This document shows, piece by piece, positions 1-7,727 of a stretch of DNA of 64,000 nucleotides. The first letter of the stretch is position 1. Each line of letters opens with the position of its first letter. Position numbers and translations under genes: made by a program. The notes beneath the pieces are model-generated. The model searched no databases and was not told the DNA's origin. It worked only from the letters and a program-made list of their open reading frames with translations. Origin of the DNA: a virus; IMG/VR virus record IMGVR_UViG_3300028920_000054, positions 1 through 64,000 of that record. The stretch is one strand, 5' to 3'.

Positions 1-168
1 TCTAGTGGTAAAATAGGTTTTATTGTGCAAAGATACTCCATTAGAATCACTATCATTCCAACCTTGTTGACACACAAAATTAAATGCACGTGTATAAGCA
101 TCAACGGTTGGTTGAATGGTTTCTACCGGAACATCAAGCTTAAGTTTTACGGTTCTTATGAGTTTCAT
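1..168 (-). CDS. tnpB: TnpB-like (IS200/IS605 family) RNA-guided nuclease, 5' portion; runs off the window
   Basis: Manual - strand translation from ATG at 168: MKLIRTVKLKLDVPVETIQPTVDAYTRAFNFVCQQGWNDSDSNGVSLHNKTYFTTR. This fits the TnpB N-terminal pattern (TxKLKL...Y..AFN.....W......LH..TY). Not in the ORF track; the RuvC domain would be outside the window. Confidence 0.7.
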   Translation of the reverse strand, partial: MKLIRTVKLKLDVPVETIQPTVDAYTRAFNFVCQQGWNDSDSNGVSLHNKTYFTTR

Positions 169-191
169 ATATTAACCAAATTATATACAAT

Positions 192-220
192 AGTATGCAC
201 TAGCTATCGTATTTTGTCAA
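192..220 (-). promoter_or_regulatory. sigma70-type promoter for the tnpB-like gene
   Basis: - strand TTGACA-17 bp-CATACT with an extended TG; 25 bp (198-222) identical to 34465-34489. Confidence 0.7.
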
Positions 221-304
221 GCTGCTTGGCATACACAGTCAGACAATTTGCGGTGAAACCGATGTTATTAACCTTGTCCTGAGGGCAAGGTATCCGAGGG
301 TAAT

Positions 305-715
305 ATGAAATACCTTAAAGCAACCCTACTACCTATTTTTTTCTTGGTTGGAATTGCAAGTGCAGATACTACGCTGTATGAAGCGTATCTATACATATCT
401 GATGATGCAACAACAACCTACGAATGGGATCAAGAAGGAACTGTCGATGGGTTTGAATTAAAAGAATATAACATAGAAAGAAAAACAGAACGGTTTTGGG
501 AAACAACTGAACTATTTATTTTTATACCAAAGGAAGCAACTGGTCATTACATCGTTTCTGTAAGGGCTTATATTATAGCAACGGATGAAGGTGCTAGAAA
601 TTATTCAGAATGGACCAATTCAAACGGCCCAAGGTCTATGATAACAAAGGACGGAGTTTTTGTTGAACAACCGTGGATTTTGTATAAACGAATATCAGAA
701 CCAATATTTAACTAA
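305..715 (+). CDS. secreted beta-sandwich (Fn3-like) hypothetical protein
   Basis: Signal peptide ending ASA; W..G.VDGF and Y.VSVRAY...N.SEW pattern. Confidence 0.5.
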   Translation: MKYLKATLLPIFFLVGIASADTTLYEAYLYISDDATTTYEWDQEGTVDGFELKEYNIERKTERFWETTELFIFIPKEATGHYIVSVRAYIIATDEGARNYSEWTNSNGPRSMITKDGVFVEQPWILYKRISEPIFN

Positions 716-726
716 GGAGAAAAGAA

Positions 727-1035
727 ATGTATATCCAACCAAGGACAATATCGTTTGAGCACGATGGGGTAGGGGTAAGTAAATTTAATATGTACTATAA
801 GGTTTCAGATGGGGTTCCATTTGCGTATGAAGATTTACATGTCGAGATTCCATTTGTGGAAGGAAAGTTCTATTATGAGGTCATTGCACCAACCGAACTT
901 CCGTTGTCTGAAGGAACATATCAGATAGGACTTTCTGCCTCTGATGAAAGTGGGAATATTTCGGATATCGTGGAGATAGAAAGTTTTTTCGATTTTACTG
1001 CTCCGTCTGCCCCTTTCAATGTTTTAGTTTCTTAG
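727..1035 (+). CDS. Fn3/Ig-like domain protein
   Basis: EGTYQIGLSASDESGNISD...DFTAPSAP motif; AAGGAG SD. Confidence 0.55.
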   Translation: MYIQPRTISFEHDGVGVSKFNMYYKVSDGVPFAYEDLHVEIPFVEGKFYYEVIAPTELPLSEGTYQIGLSASDESGNISDIVEIESFFDFTAPSAPFNVLVS

Positions 1036-1077
1036 AACCTATAAGAAGTTTTCTGTGTTGGATATATCGTAAAGTAG

Positions 1078-1758
1078 GTGTGTGCAGAAAATAGTTACAA
1101 ATCAGGACAAGAAATGGCACTTAACGCAAAAGAAAAAGAGCTTGCAATGAAAGTCATAAGGCTTCTTGCTGACAACAAGGGTGCGCTTGAAGCCTGTGAC
1201 GAAGCAGGAACCAACTATATGATGTACTATCGTAAGTTTAGAAAGGATAGTTGGTTTAAAGAAGAACTTAGAAAGGCAAAAGAAGTAAAAGAAACCGGAA
1301 TCGGAATTCTTGCTGCAACAGACCTTATCCCGTTTAAAGATGATGACGATACTGGCGACAGCGTTAAGATGAAAATGTTTATCGAAGCATTCGCAAGGAA
1401 TAATTTTAATGTTAAGCGTGCGATGAAAGCGGTGGGGGTTGATGGACACAGGTATTATGGGGTTTGGAAGAAAAACCCAGACTTTATAAAAGCACTCGAA
1501 GCCGTGCGAGAAGAAATGCTAGATGAATACGTACGGCTTAACTACGAAATAGCAAGTGATGACAAGCGTGGAATGGCGCAGTCCAATTCTACCATCTTTG
1601 CTATAAAGTGCCTTGGTAAAGACAAGGGTTGGGATGAACGCTCTGCTGCACCCTCTCTTAATTTGAACTTTGACAAAGATGCGGTTGATGCCATTGTTAG
1701 GGCTGCAAGCCTTAACAAACTTGAAGATGTTATGGAAGCGGAAGTAGTTGATGACTGA
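1078..1758 (+). CDS. terminase small subunit
   Basis: Duplicated HTH-like segments, IFAIKCLGKDKGW motif, directly upstream of TerL. Confidence 0.75.
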   Translation: MCAENSYKSGQEMALNAKEKELAMKVIRLLADNKGALEACDEAGTNYMMYYRKFRKDSWFKEELRKAKEVKETGIGILAATDLIPFKDDDDTGDSVKMKMFIEAFARNNFNVKRAMKAVGVDGHRYYGVWKKNPDFIKALEAVREEMLDEYVRLNYEIASDDKRGMAQSNSTIFAIKCLGKDKGWDERSAAPSLNLNFDKDAVDAIVRAASLNKLEDVMEAEVVDD

Positions 1759-3133
1759 TGTTTTACAAAAACCAACACCAGAACAGTTGTGTTATTCAAA
1801 GCTGCTTGCCTATGTGGTTGCTTCTTGGAACGGATATCAAATAGCAAGACACCACCTTATAGTGGCAAACGCACTTCAGGACGTTGAAAGTGGAAAGATA
1901 AAAAGACTTATTATAAACCTTCCACCCCGTTCAGGAAAGACAATGCTAGTTTCAGAGTTTTTCCCCGCATGGTATTGGGGAAGGAACCCTGACAGGAAGA
2001 TAATATTTGTAACCCATGGACAGGATAAGGCAGACGATGTTGGGCGTGTAGTAAGAGATCAAATGACAGACCCGTTGCACACGAAGATTTTCCCTGTTTG
2101 CAACATAGCTCCAACGTCAAAATCCATCCACAGAATGAATACTCTCCAACGTGGCGAATATTTTTCAATCGGTTTGGGTGGTCAGATAGTTGGTCGTGGT
2201 GCTCATTTACTTATCATAGATGACCCGATAAAAGGACGCGAGGCAGCAGATAGCGCATTAAAGCAAGGCAGATTAAGGTCGTGGTATCAGGGTGATGCTT
2301 ATACTCGTTTAATGTCTAACAATGCCATTATAGTTTGTCAGACAAGATGGACAAACAACGACTTAACCGGATGGCTTTTAACAGAACACAAGAGGGAAAA
2401 TTGGACAGTAGTAAGCATCCCTGCTTTGGCTGAAGTAGATGATGACATAATAAGAAGAAAAGCTGGAGACCCAATTTGGCCTGAACTTGAAATATTTGAA
2501 AAAGAATATCTTGAATTTGTTAAACTTACAGTCGGAACACGCGAATGGAATGCACAGTATCAGCAAAGACCTGTTGACATAGAAGGTGGGATAATAAAAC
2601 TTGCGTGGTTTAAATATTACACAAAGAAACCAGAATTTGAAAGAATCGTACAGAGCATCGACTGCGCCTATAAACCAGAACAGCTCAACGACCCAAGCGT
2701 ATGTCTAACGTGGGGGGTTGCAAAAGACGGATATTATTTGTTAGATGTTTTCAGGGAAAGGGTAGAATATCCAAAACTTAAGGTTGAAATAAAAAAGCAG
2801 TATGAAAAACATTCCCCAAATGCTGTTTTGATAGAAGACAAGGCTTCTGGTCAGAGTTTAATTCAGGACTTGCGATACGACACAAGAATTCCGGTAATTG
2901 CGATAGAACCAGGAAATATAAGTAAAGAAATAAGAATGTCAGTAGAGTCTGACAAAATAGAAGCAGGAAAGGTGTGGCTACCAGAAAAAGCACCATGGTT
3001 GGTAGACTACGAAAGTGAAATGACTCAATTCCCACTTTATGTACATGACGATATGGTAGATGCAACGTCACAGTTTCTAAAGTGGATTGAAAACAAGGGA
3101 TATTCAGGAATGGTAAAAGTGAGTGGCACATGA
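1748..3133 (+). CDS. terL: terminase large subunit
   Basis: Walker A PPRSGKT, Walker B LIIDDPIKG, nuclease motifs IEDKASG and HDDMVDATSQ. Confidence 0.95.
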   Translation: MMTDVLQKPTPEQLCYSKLLAYVVASWNGYQIARHHLIVANALQDVESGKIKRLIINLPPRSGKTMLVSEFFPAWYWGRNPDRKIIFVTHGQDKADDVGRVVRDQMTDPLHTKIFPVCNIAPTSKSIHRMNTLQRGEYFSIGLGGQIVGRGAHLLIIDDPIKGREAADSALKQGRLRSWYQGDAYTRLMSNNAIIVCQTRWTNNDLTGWLLTEHKRENWTVVSIPALAEVDDDIIRRKAGDPIWPELEIFEKEYLEFVKLTVGTREWNAQYQQRPVDIEGGIIKLAWFKYYTKKPEFERIVQSIDCAYKPEQLNDPSVCLTWGVAKDGYYLLDVFRERVEYPKLKVEIKKQYEKHSPNAVLIEDKASGQSLIQDLRYDTRIPVIAIEPGNISKEIRMSVESDKIEAGKVWLPEKAPWLVDYESEMTQFPLYVHDDMVDATSQFLKWIENKGYSGMVKVSGT

Positions 3134-3324
3134 TGTGGATTAAGGTTGACAAAGATTCGCTTCCCGACGAATACAAGGATTTCCTTCTGTTCGATAGAGA
3201 AGCACGAAAAAAAAGAATTGGCTTGCTAAGCGTTGACAGGTGGCTATTTGACGATGGAACTGAAGTTCTAGTTAATGCCATGGCTGTGACCCATTTTTCG
3301 GAACTATTAGCAGACCCGGAATAA
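3130..3324 (+). CDS. small phage protein (DUF551-like)
   Basis: WIKV..SLP...VTHF..L pattern; ATGA overlap with terL. Confidence 0.55.
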   Translation: MMWIKVDKDSLPDEYKDFLLFDREARKKRIGLLSVDRWLFDDGTEVLVNAMAVTHFSELLADPE

Positions 3325-3335
3325 ATTAAAGGAGT

Positions 3336-4796
3336 TTGGACATGCCTGTTGATAGCAAGAGTCCGTACTATATTGACCTTGAAGAAGGTTGGCAGATGAT
3401 AAGCGACCTTCAGAGCGAAAAGAAGATTAAGGACGCAGGAACAACATACGTTCCGCAACTTACTAGTCAGTCGTCAGATGAATACGATGCCTACCTGAAG
3501 CGTGGTTCACTTTATGGCGCAACCACTCGTACCCAAAAGGGTCTTACGGGTGCAATAATGCGGAAGCCGCCCGAAGCAGAATGCCCAGAAAAGGTTAAGA
3601 GACTATTTAAGGACATGACTTTGGATGGAAAGAACTTTGAAGAAGTCGTGCGAAAGGTAGTAACGGAAGATATTTCTTATGGGTATTATGGGATATTGAT
3701 TGATGCGCCACCCGAAGGTGGAGACCCAAAACTTGCGATGTATTCTGCAACTTCGATTCTCTACCCTGTTACAGAACGATTTGGTGACAAAATAAAATTA
3801 ATGCGACTGACATTGAAGGAAAGCGCTTTTGTCCCAAAAAATACAGACCCGTACGAAACCGAAGAAGTTGAAATGGTTAGGGAATTAAGAATAAACGAAG
3901 AAGGGATTTATGAACAGGTTCTTCACAAAAAGGTTGGGAGTGCGTGGCAGGTAGAATCAACAATCCAACCAGAAGTAATGGGCAAGAAACTAACAGAAAT
4001 TCCATTTGTGTTTTTCGGTGCTCAAGAAAACAGTGTAAATCCGAAAGAAAGCCCCTTGCTTGACCTCGCATATTTGAACGTAAAACATTTTGTGGTAAAT
4101 GTTGATTACTTTCACGCACTTCACTACTGTGGACTTCCAACACCATGGGCGGCAGGATTCAAGCTTGAAGAAGGTGCAACACTAAGAATAGGTTCTTCAA
4201 CTGCGTGGGTTTCAGACGACCCGAACGCAAAATGTGGAATAATGCAGGCTACCGCAGATAGCGTTGGTGCTCTCGAAAACGGACTCGACAAACTTGAAAA
4301 GCAGATGGCTGTTGTCGGGTCACGAATGATAGAACAGCAGAGGCGTGGGGTTGAAACTGCCGAAGGTCTTTTAATTAGACAGACTTCAGACTTTGCAGTG
4401 CTAAGCAATATCGCTTCTTGTGTCGAAGAAGGAATGAAGGGTGTTCTTGCATGGTTGGCAAGATGGGTTGGGGCAATGGAATCTGAAATAGAAAAGATAA
4501 ACGTAGTCTTGAACAAGGATTATACGACTGGCGATGTTGATCCCCAAGTCCTTACAGCACTTTTTGTTGCGCTTCAGAACAATGAAATTTCAGTTGATAC
4601 ATTTTTGTCATACCTTAAAGCTAAGGAAGTCCTTCCAAACAACAGGACAATTCAGCAGGAAAAGGATTTGATATTGTCAAGCGAAAACGCCGAACTTACA
4701 ACCGCTATGATTGGTGCGGCAGTTTCAAAAGTAGATAAGACCGATAACAGGTTGAAGGGTGCAACAGATGGCGGAACTAACGACCAAAAGACGTAA
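3336..4796 (+). CDS. portal protein (DUF4055-like)
   Basis: Position after TerL; YDAYLKRG, IPFVFFG, PLLDLAYLN, ETAE motifs. Confidence 0.9.
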   Translation: MDMPVDSKSPYYIDLEEGWQMISDLQSEKKIKDAGTTYVPQLTSQSSDEYDAYLKRGSLYGATTRTQKGLTGAIMRKPPEAECPEKVKRLFKDMTLDGKNFEEVVRKVVTEDISYGYYGILIDAPPEGGDPKLAMYSATSILYPVTERFGDKIKLMRLTLKESAFVPKNTDPYETEEVEMVRELRINEEGIYEQVLHKKVGSAWQVESTIQPEVMGKKLTEIPFVFFGAQENSVNPKESPLLDLAYLNVKHFVVNVDYFHALHYCGLPTPWAAGFKLEEGATLRIGSSTAWVSDDPNAKCGIMQATADSVGALENGLDKLEKQMAVVGSRMIEQQRRGVETAEGLLIRQTSDFAVLSNIASCVEEGMKGVLAWLARWVGAMESEIEKINVVLNKDYTTGDVDPQVLTALFVALQNNEISVDTFLSYLKAKEVLPNNRTIQQEKDLILSSENAELTTAMIGAAVSKVDKTDNRLKGATDGGTNDQKT

Positions 4797-4965
4797 CGCA
4801 CTACCGGATAGTGCTTTTGTTTTTCCAAAACAGCGTAAATATCCAATAGACACAATCGCAAGGGCGAGAAACGCCTTAGCAAGGGTAGCACAATACGGAA
4901 CCGCTTCGGAAATAGCCGCAGTTAAAAGAGCCGTTTACAAGAAATATCCAAGTTTGAAGAAATAG
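4768..4965 (+). CDS. small basic head-associated protein (DUF6582-like)
   Basis: RNALPDSAFVFPKQRKYPI...ARNALAR motif. Confidence 0.7.
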   Translation: MAELTTKRRNALPDSAFVFPKQRKYPIDTIARARNALARVAQYGTASEIAAVKRAVYKKYPSLKK

Positions 4966-4973
4966 GAGACATT

Positions 4974-5174
4974 ATGGCAAAGTTAGACACAGCTTTCGAC
5001 AAAGAATGGGAAGCCCAAAACGATGCTAGGACAATCGCTGAATCACAGGTAATTGTTAATGACAAGAAAAGATATAATGCGGCGATTAAGGCGGCACAAA
5101 AAATGGCCGACGAAAAGGCTAAAGAAGCCAAAGCCATGAAGGGTGTAGCTAGAAGGAAACCAAAAAAGAAATAG
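4974..5174 (+). CDS. small basic phage protein
   Basis: GGAG SD; WEAQNDARTIAE motif. Confidence 0.6.
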   Translation: MAKLDTAFDKEWEAQNDARTIAESQVIVNDKKRYNAAIKAAQKMADEKAKEAKAMKGVARRKPKKK

Positions 5175-5187
5175 TCGCAGAAAAGAC

Positions 5188-5216
5188 TTGACATTTAGCA
5201 GAAAGTGTGATATGTT
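5188..5216 (+). promoter_or_regulatory. sigma70-type promoter
   Basis: TTGACA-17-TATGTT with extended TG, intergenic. Confidence 0.65.
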
Positions 5217-5275
5217 GTAGTTAAAAAATAAGACCGCAATCAATTTATTTTTTAAATAAAAACAGAGATATTATA

Positions 5276-5530
5276 ATGGCAACAGTTACAACAATATCAG
5301 CACCACAAACGAACATAGAATATTCGATATTGGATGGGAGGATACGTTCGTTTGAATTTAAAGGAAGGTTGTTGTATGATAAGGCTAGTGGGATGGCAGT
5401 AGACGGATGGAAAGACAGTCTCGTGTCCTTTGTAAAAAACACAAAACTAAACGTCAACAGGGGCATTGGACTTAATGCGTTTGTATATAATCTTATTGAC
5501 GAAGGCTTTATTAAGGAAGAACGCATATAA
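5276..5530 (+). CDS. hypothetical protein
   Basis: ORF downstream of the promoter, co-oriented. Confidence 0.5.
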   Translation: MATVTTISAPQTNIEYSILDGRIRSFEFKGRLLYDKASGMAVDGWKDSLVSFVKNTKLNVNRGIGLNAFVYNLIDEGFIKEERI

Positions 5531-5541
5531 AAATTATCAAT

Positions 5542-6102
5542 ATGACAAAAGACGAAATAAGAAAATACTTAATAGAAAATTCAACAGTTAACGAAGAAAC
5601 TGATTGTTGGGAGTGGAATAGGCGTCTAAACATGCATGGATATGGTGTTGCTAGGAGAAACCAATTTACTAGCAGAAGGGCGCACAGGCTGTCGTATTTT
5701 GTTTTTATAGGATATGTACCAGATGGGATGTTCGTATGCCATCATTGCGATAATCCCAAATGCATAAACCCAGAACATCTCTTTATTGGAACTAATGATG
5801 ATAATATGAGAGATATGGTAGAAAAGGGTAGGGCAAAGAATGGCTCAGTGCGTGGAATGCCAAGTCCCTTTTTGGGGAAAAAGCATACCGAAGAAACAAA
5901 GCTAAAAATTGGACGTGCAAATTCAATTAGGCAATCTGGAAGCGGGAACAGTCACTACGGAACAAGTTGGATTTACAATGATGAATTTTTTGAAACCAAG
6001 AGAGTGAAAAGGGGAGAAATTAAAGAATATCAGGAAAATGGATGGTTGCTTGGCAGAAAGATGTCCTACCACGGTAACGGCATTTCTAAAGCAACAGCCT
6101 AA
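5542..6102 (+). CDS. HNH homing endonuclease with NUMOD3-like motif
   Basis: CWEW, AHRLSY, VCHHCDNPKCINPEHL, DNMRDM; GKKHTEETKLKI. Confidence 0.9.
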   Translation: MTKDEIRKYLIENSTVNEETDCWEWNRRLNMHGYGVARRNQFTSRRAHRLSYFVFIGYVPDGMFVCHHCDNPKCINPEHLFIGTNDDNMRDMVEKGRAKNGSVRGMPSPFLGKKHTEETKLKIGRANSIRQSGSGNSHYGTSWIYNDEFFETKRVKRGEIKEYQENGWLLGRKMSYHGNGISKATA

Positions 6103-6114
6103 AAACCAAAACAT

Positions 6115-6190
6115 CTAGGTGTAGCTCAGGCAGTAGAGCGCTTAGTTTGGGCCTAAGAGGTCGGTGGGGCGGAACCATCCACCTAGACCA
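6115..6190 (+). tRNA. tRNA-Pro(UGG)
   Basis: Acceptor CTAGGTG/CACCTAG, D stem GCTC/GAGC, anticodon arm CTTAG-TTTGGGC-CTAAG, encoded CCA; atypical T loop. Confidence 0.9.
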
Positions 6191-6196
6191 GATAAC

Positions 6197-6272
6197 GCCA
6201 CGGTAATTCAGCTAGTAGAATAGCCGATTTGTAATCGGCATGTCGAGGGAGCGAAGCCTTCCCGTGGCTCCA
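6197..6272 (+). tRNA. tRNA-Thr(UGU)
   Basis: Acceptor GCCACGG/CCGTGGC, D stem ATTC/GAAT, anticodon arm GCCGA-TTTGTAA-TCGGC, encoded CCA; atypical T loop. Confidence 0.9.
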
Positions 6273-6292
6273 GAAAACAACCGGGAGAAATT

Positions 6293-6634
6293 ATGTTTCC
6301 AAAAACGTTTAAATTGGGCGGGCATACATACAAAGTAATGCACCCATATTGTTTCGATGAAACGTCGGAATTTACAGGCCAAAATGATAGCGAAACTAAA
6401 ACAATTAGGGTTAAGGCAAATACTTTGGGCGGTTCTCCACAATCACCAACAAATCAATTTGTAGTTTTTATACATGAGGTTGTCCACGCAGTTGACCAAA
6501 TATTTTGTATGGGAAACATTGGTCATGAGTGCAACAAAGAAGCACTGCTTGATGGAATATCTGAAGGATTAACACAGTTTTTGCTAGAGAACGATCTCTG
6601 GAAAGAACCGAAAGAAGAAAACGGGGAGACTTAG
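6293..6634 (+). CDS. HExxH metallopeptidase-like phage protein
   Basis: HEVVHA motif; PKTFKLGGHTYKV N-terminus. Confidence 0.6.
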   Translation: MFPKTFKLGGHTYKVMHPYCFDETSEFTGQNDSETKTIRVKANTLGGSPQSPTNQFVVFIHEVVHAVDQIFCMGNIGHECNKEALLDGISEGLTQFLLENDLWKEPKEENGET

Positions 6635-6724
6635 ATAATGTTTAAGTGGCGGGCATATCGAGCCCACACACTAAGTTCGGGGTGGAATTGGCCCTCCTTT
6701 CGCCACCCCCTCCCCACTAAAATA

Positions 6725-7590
6725 TTGGGCATGGTGTAAATCTTTTGCGACTTAAAACATTTGGGGCGTTAGTCGCAAGCTCCTCAGGAGGATGTAATGG
6801 TGTACAAAAATAATTTTATCGTAGTGGTTAAATGTGGAGGAAAGGTTCTCAGGGAACAAGGTGGAGAAGTAAGGTTGCCATTTGGTTCTGAGTATTCTAT
6901 TCTTCTGAAGAACAAGGATTCAAGAAAGGCAGTAGCAAGCATTTCGATTGATGGGGAAAGCGTAACTGATGGAAGGATAGTCGTTGACGGTTTTTCCGAA
7001 GTTGAATTGGTTGGTTTTCTTGAAGGAATGTCTGTTCGCAACAAATTTAAGTTCATTCAAAAGACAGAAGAAATTGTAAAACATCGTGGAGATAGGGTCG
7101 ACGATGGGATTGTGACGGTTGAATATTGGTTTGAAGAACGAGTTGAAGTTACCAAGAAGTATGAAGATGTATATGTAAAAAAATACATAAACCCATGGTA
7201 CACAGACCAAGGGTCGTGGACACCGCAGCCCTATAGGGACACTACAATTACTTGTAGTTCCGACATAAGTAGTTGTAGTCCCCAGACAACCACAAGAGGG
7301 GGCTGTTTTGTAAATAGTTGTGTCCCAACTCAAGACGAAGGAATCACCGTTAAGGGTTCAGAAACAAGGCAAGACTTCCAATATGGAAGTACAAAAACCC
7401 TTGAATCACAAAGCAATGTAATTAACATTGTTTTGAAGGGGTACACTGACTCTGGAATAAAAGTGGAAAAGTTTGTTGCAACAACAGACAAAGTAAAATG
7501 TCCAACGTGTGGAAGAACCGCAAAGTCGAACAGTAAATACTGTGCTAATTGCGGAACCTATTTGTTATAAAAATGCATCACCATGCCCAA
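6725..7590. repeat. 12-bp perfect inverted repeat bracketing one gene
   Basis: TTGGGCATGGTG (6725-6736) and CACCATGCCCAA (7579-7590). Confidence 0.75.
6797..7570 (+). CDS. hypothetical protein with C-terminal zinc ribbon
   Basis: GGAGG SD; C-terminal CPTCG...YCANCG. Confidence 0.75.
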   Translation: MVYKNNFIVVVKCGGKVLREQGGEVRLPFGSEYSILLKNKDSRKAVASISIDGESVTDGRIVVDGFSEVELVGFLEGMSVRNKFKFIQKTEEIVKHRGDRVDDGIVTVEYWFEERVEVTKKYEDVYVKKYINPWYTDQGSWTPQPYRDTTITCSSDISSCSPQTTTRGGCFVNSCVPTQDEGITVKGSETRQDFQYGSTKTLESQSNVINIVLKGYTDSGIKVEKFVATTDKVKCPTCGRTAKSNSKYCANCGTYLL

Positions 7591-7598
7591 CTTTTTTC

Positions 7599-7627
7599 TT
7601 GACAAACTCAAGAAAGTGTGATATACA
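7599..7627 (+). promoter_or_regulatory. sigma70-type promoter of the glycan cluster
   Basis: TTGACA-17-TATACA; shares AGAAAGTGTGATAT with the 5188 promoter. Confidence 0.6.
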
Positions 7628-7682
7628 CATATCAAGATTAACAATTTTTCGGGAATCAGCTACGGGAGGCTACCATGAAATT

Positions 7683-7713
7683 AAAGGCTATTGCATAACG
7701 TGGTGGCCTTTTT
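7683..7713 (+). terminator. intrinsic terminator-like hairpin in the leader of the first GT gene
   Basis: AAAGGCTATTGC-ATAAC-GTGGTGGCCTTT followed by a T tract. Confidence 0.5.
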
Positions 7714-7727
7714 GCGTTTAAAACAGG

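Noticed and set aside
25-282. + strand 85-aa ORF
   Set aside because: It overlaps the more convincing - strand TnpB-like frame and its promoter, and has no recognisable motif.
1748-3133. Intein or intron in TerL
   Set aside because: The length (461 aa) and motif spacing are normal.
7509-7721. 70-aa + strand ORF
   Set aside because: It overlaps the upstream gene end and spans the promoter and terminator leader; likely non-coding.
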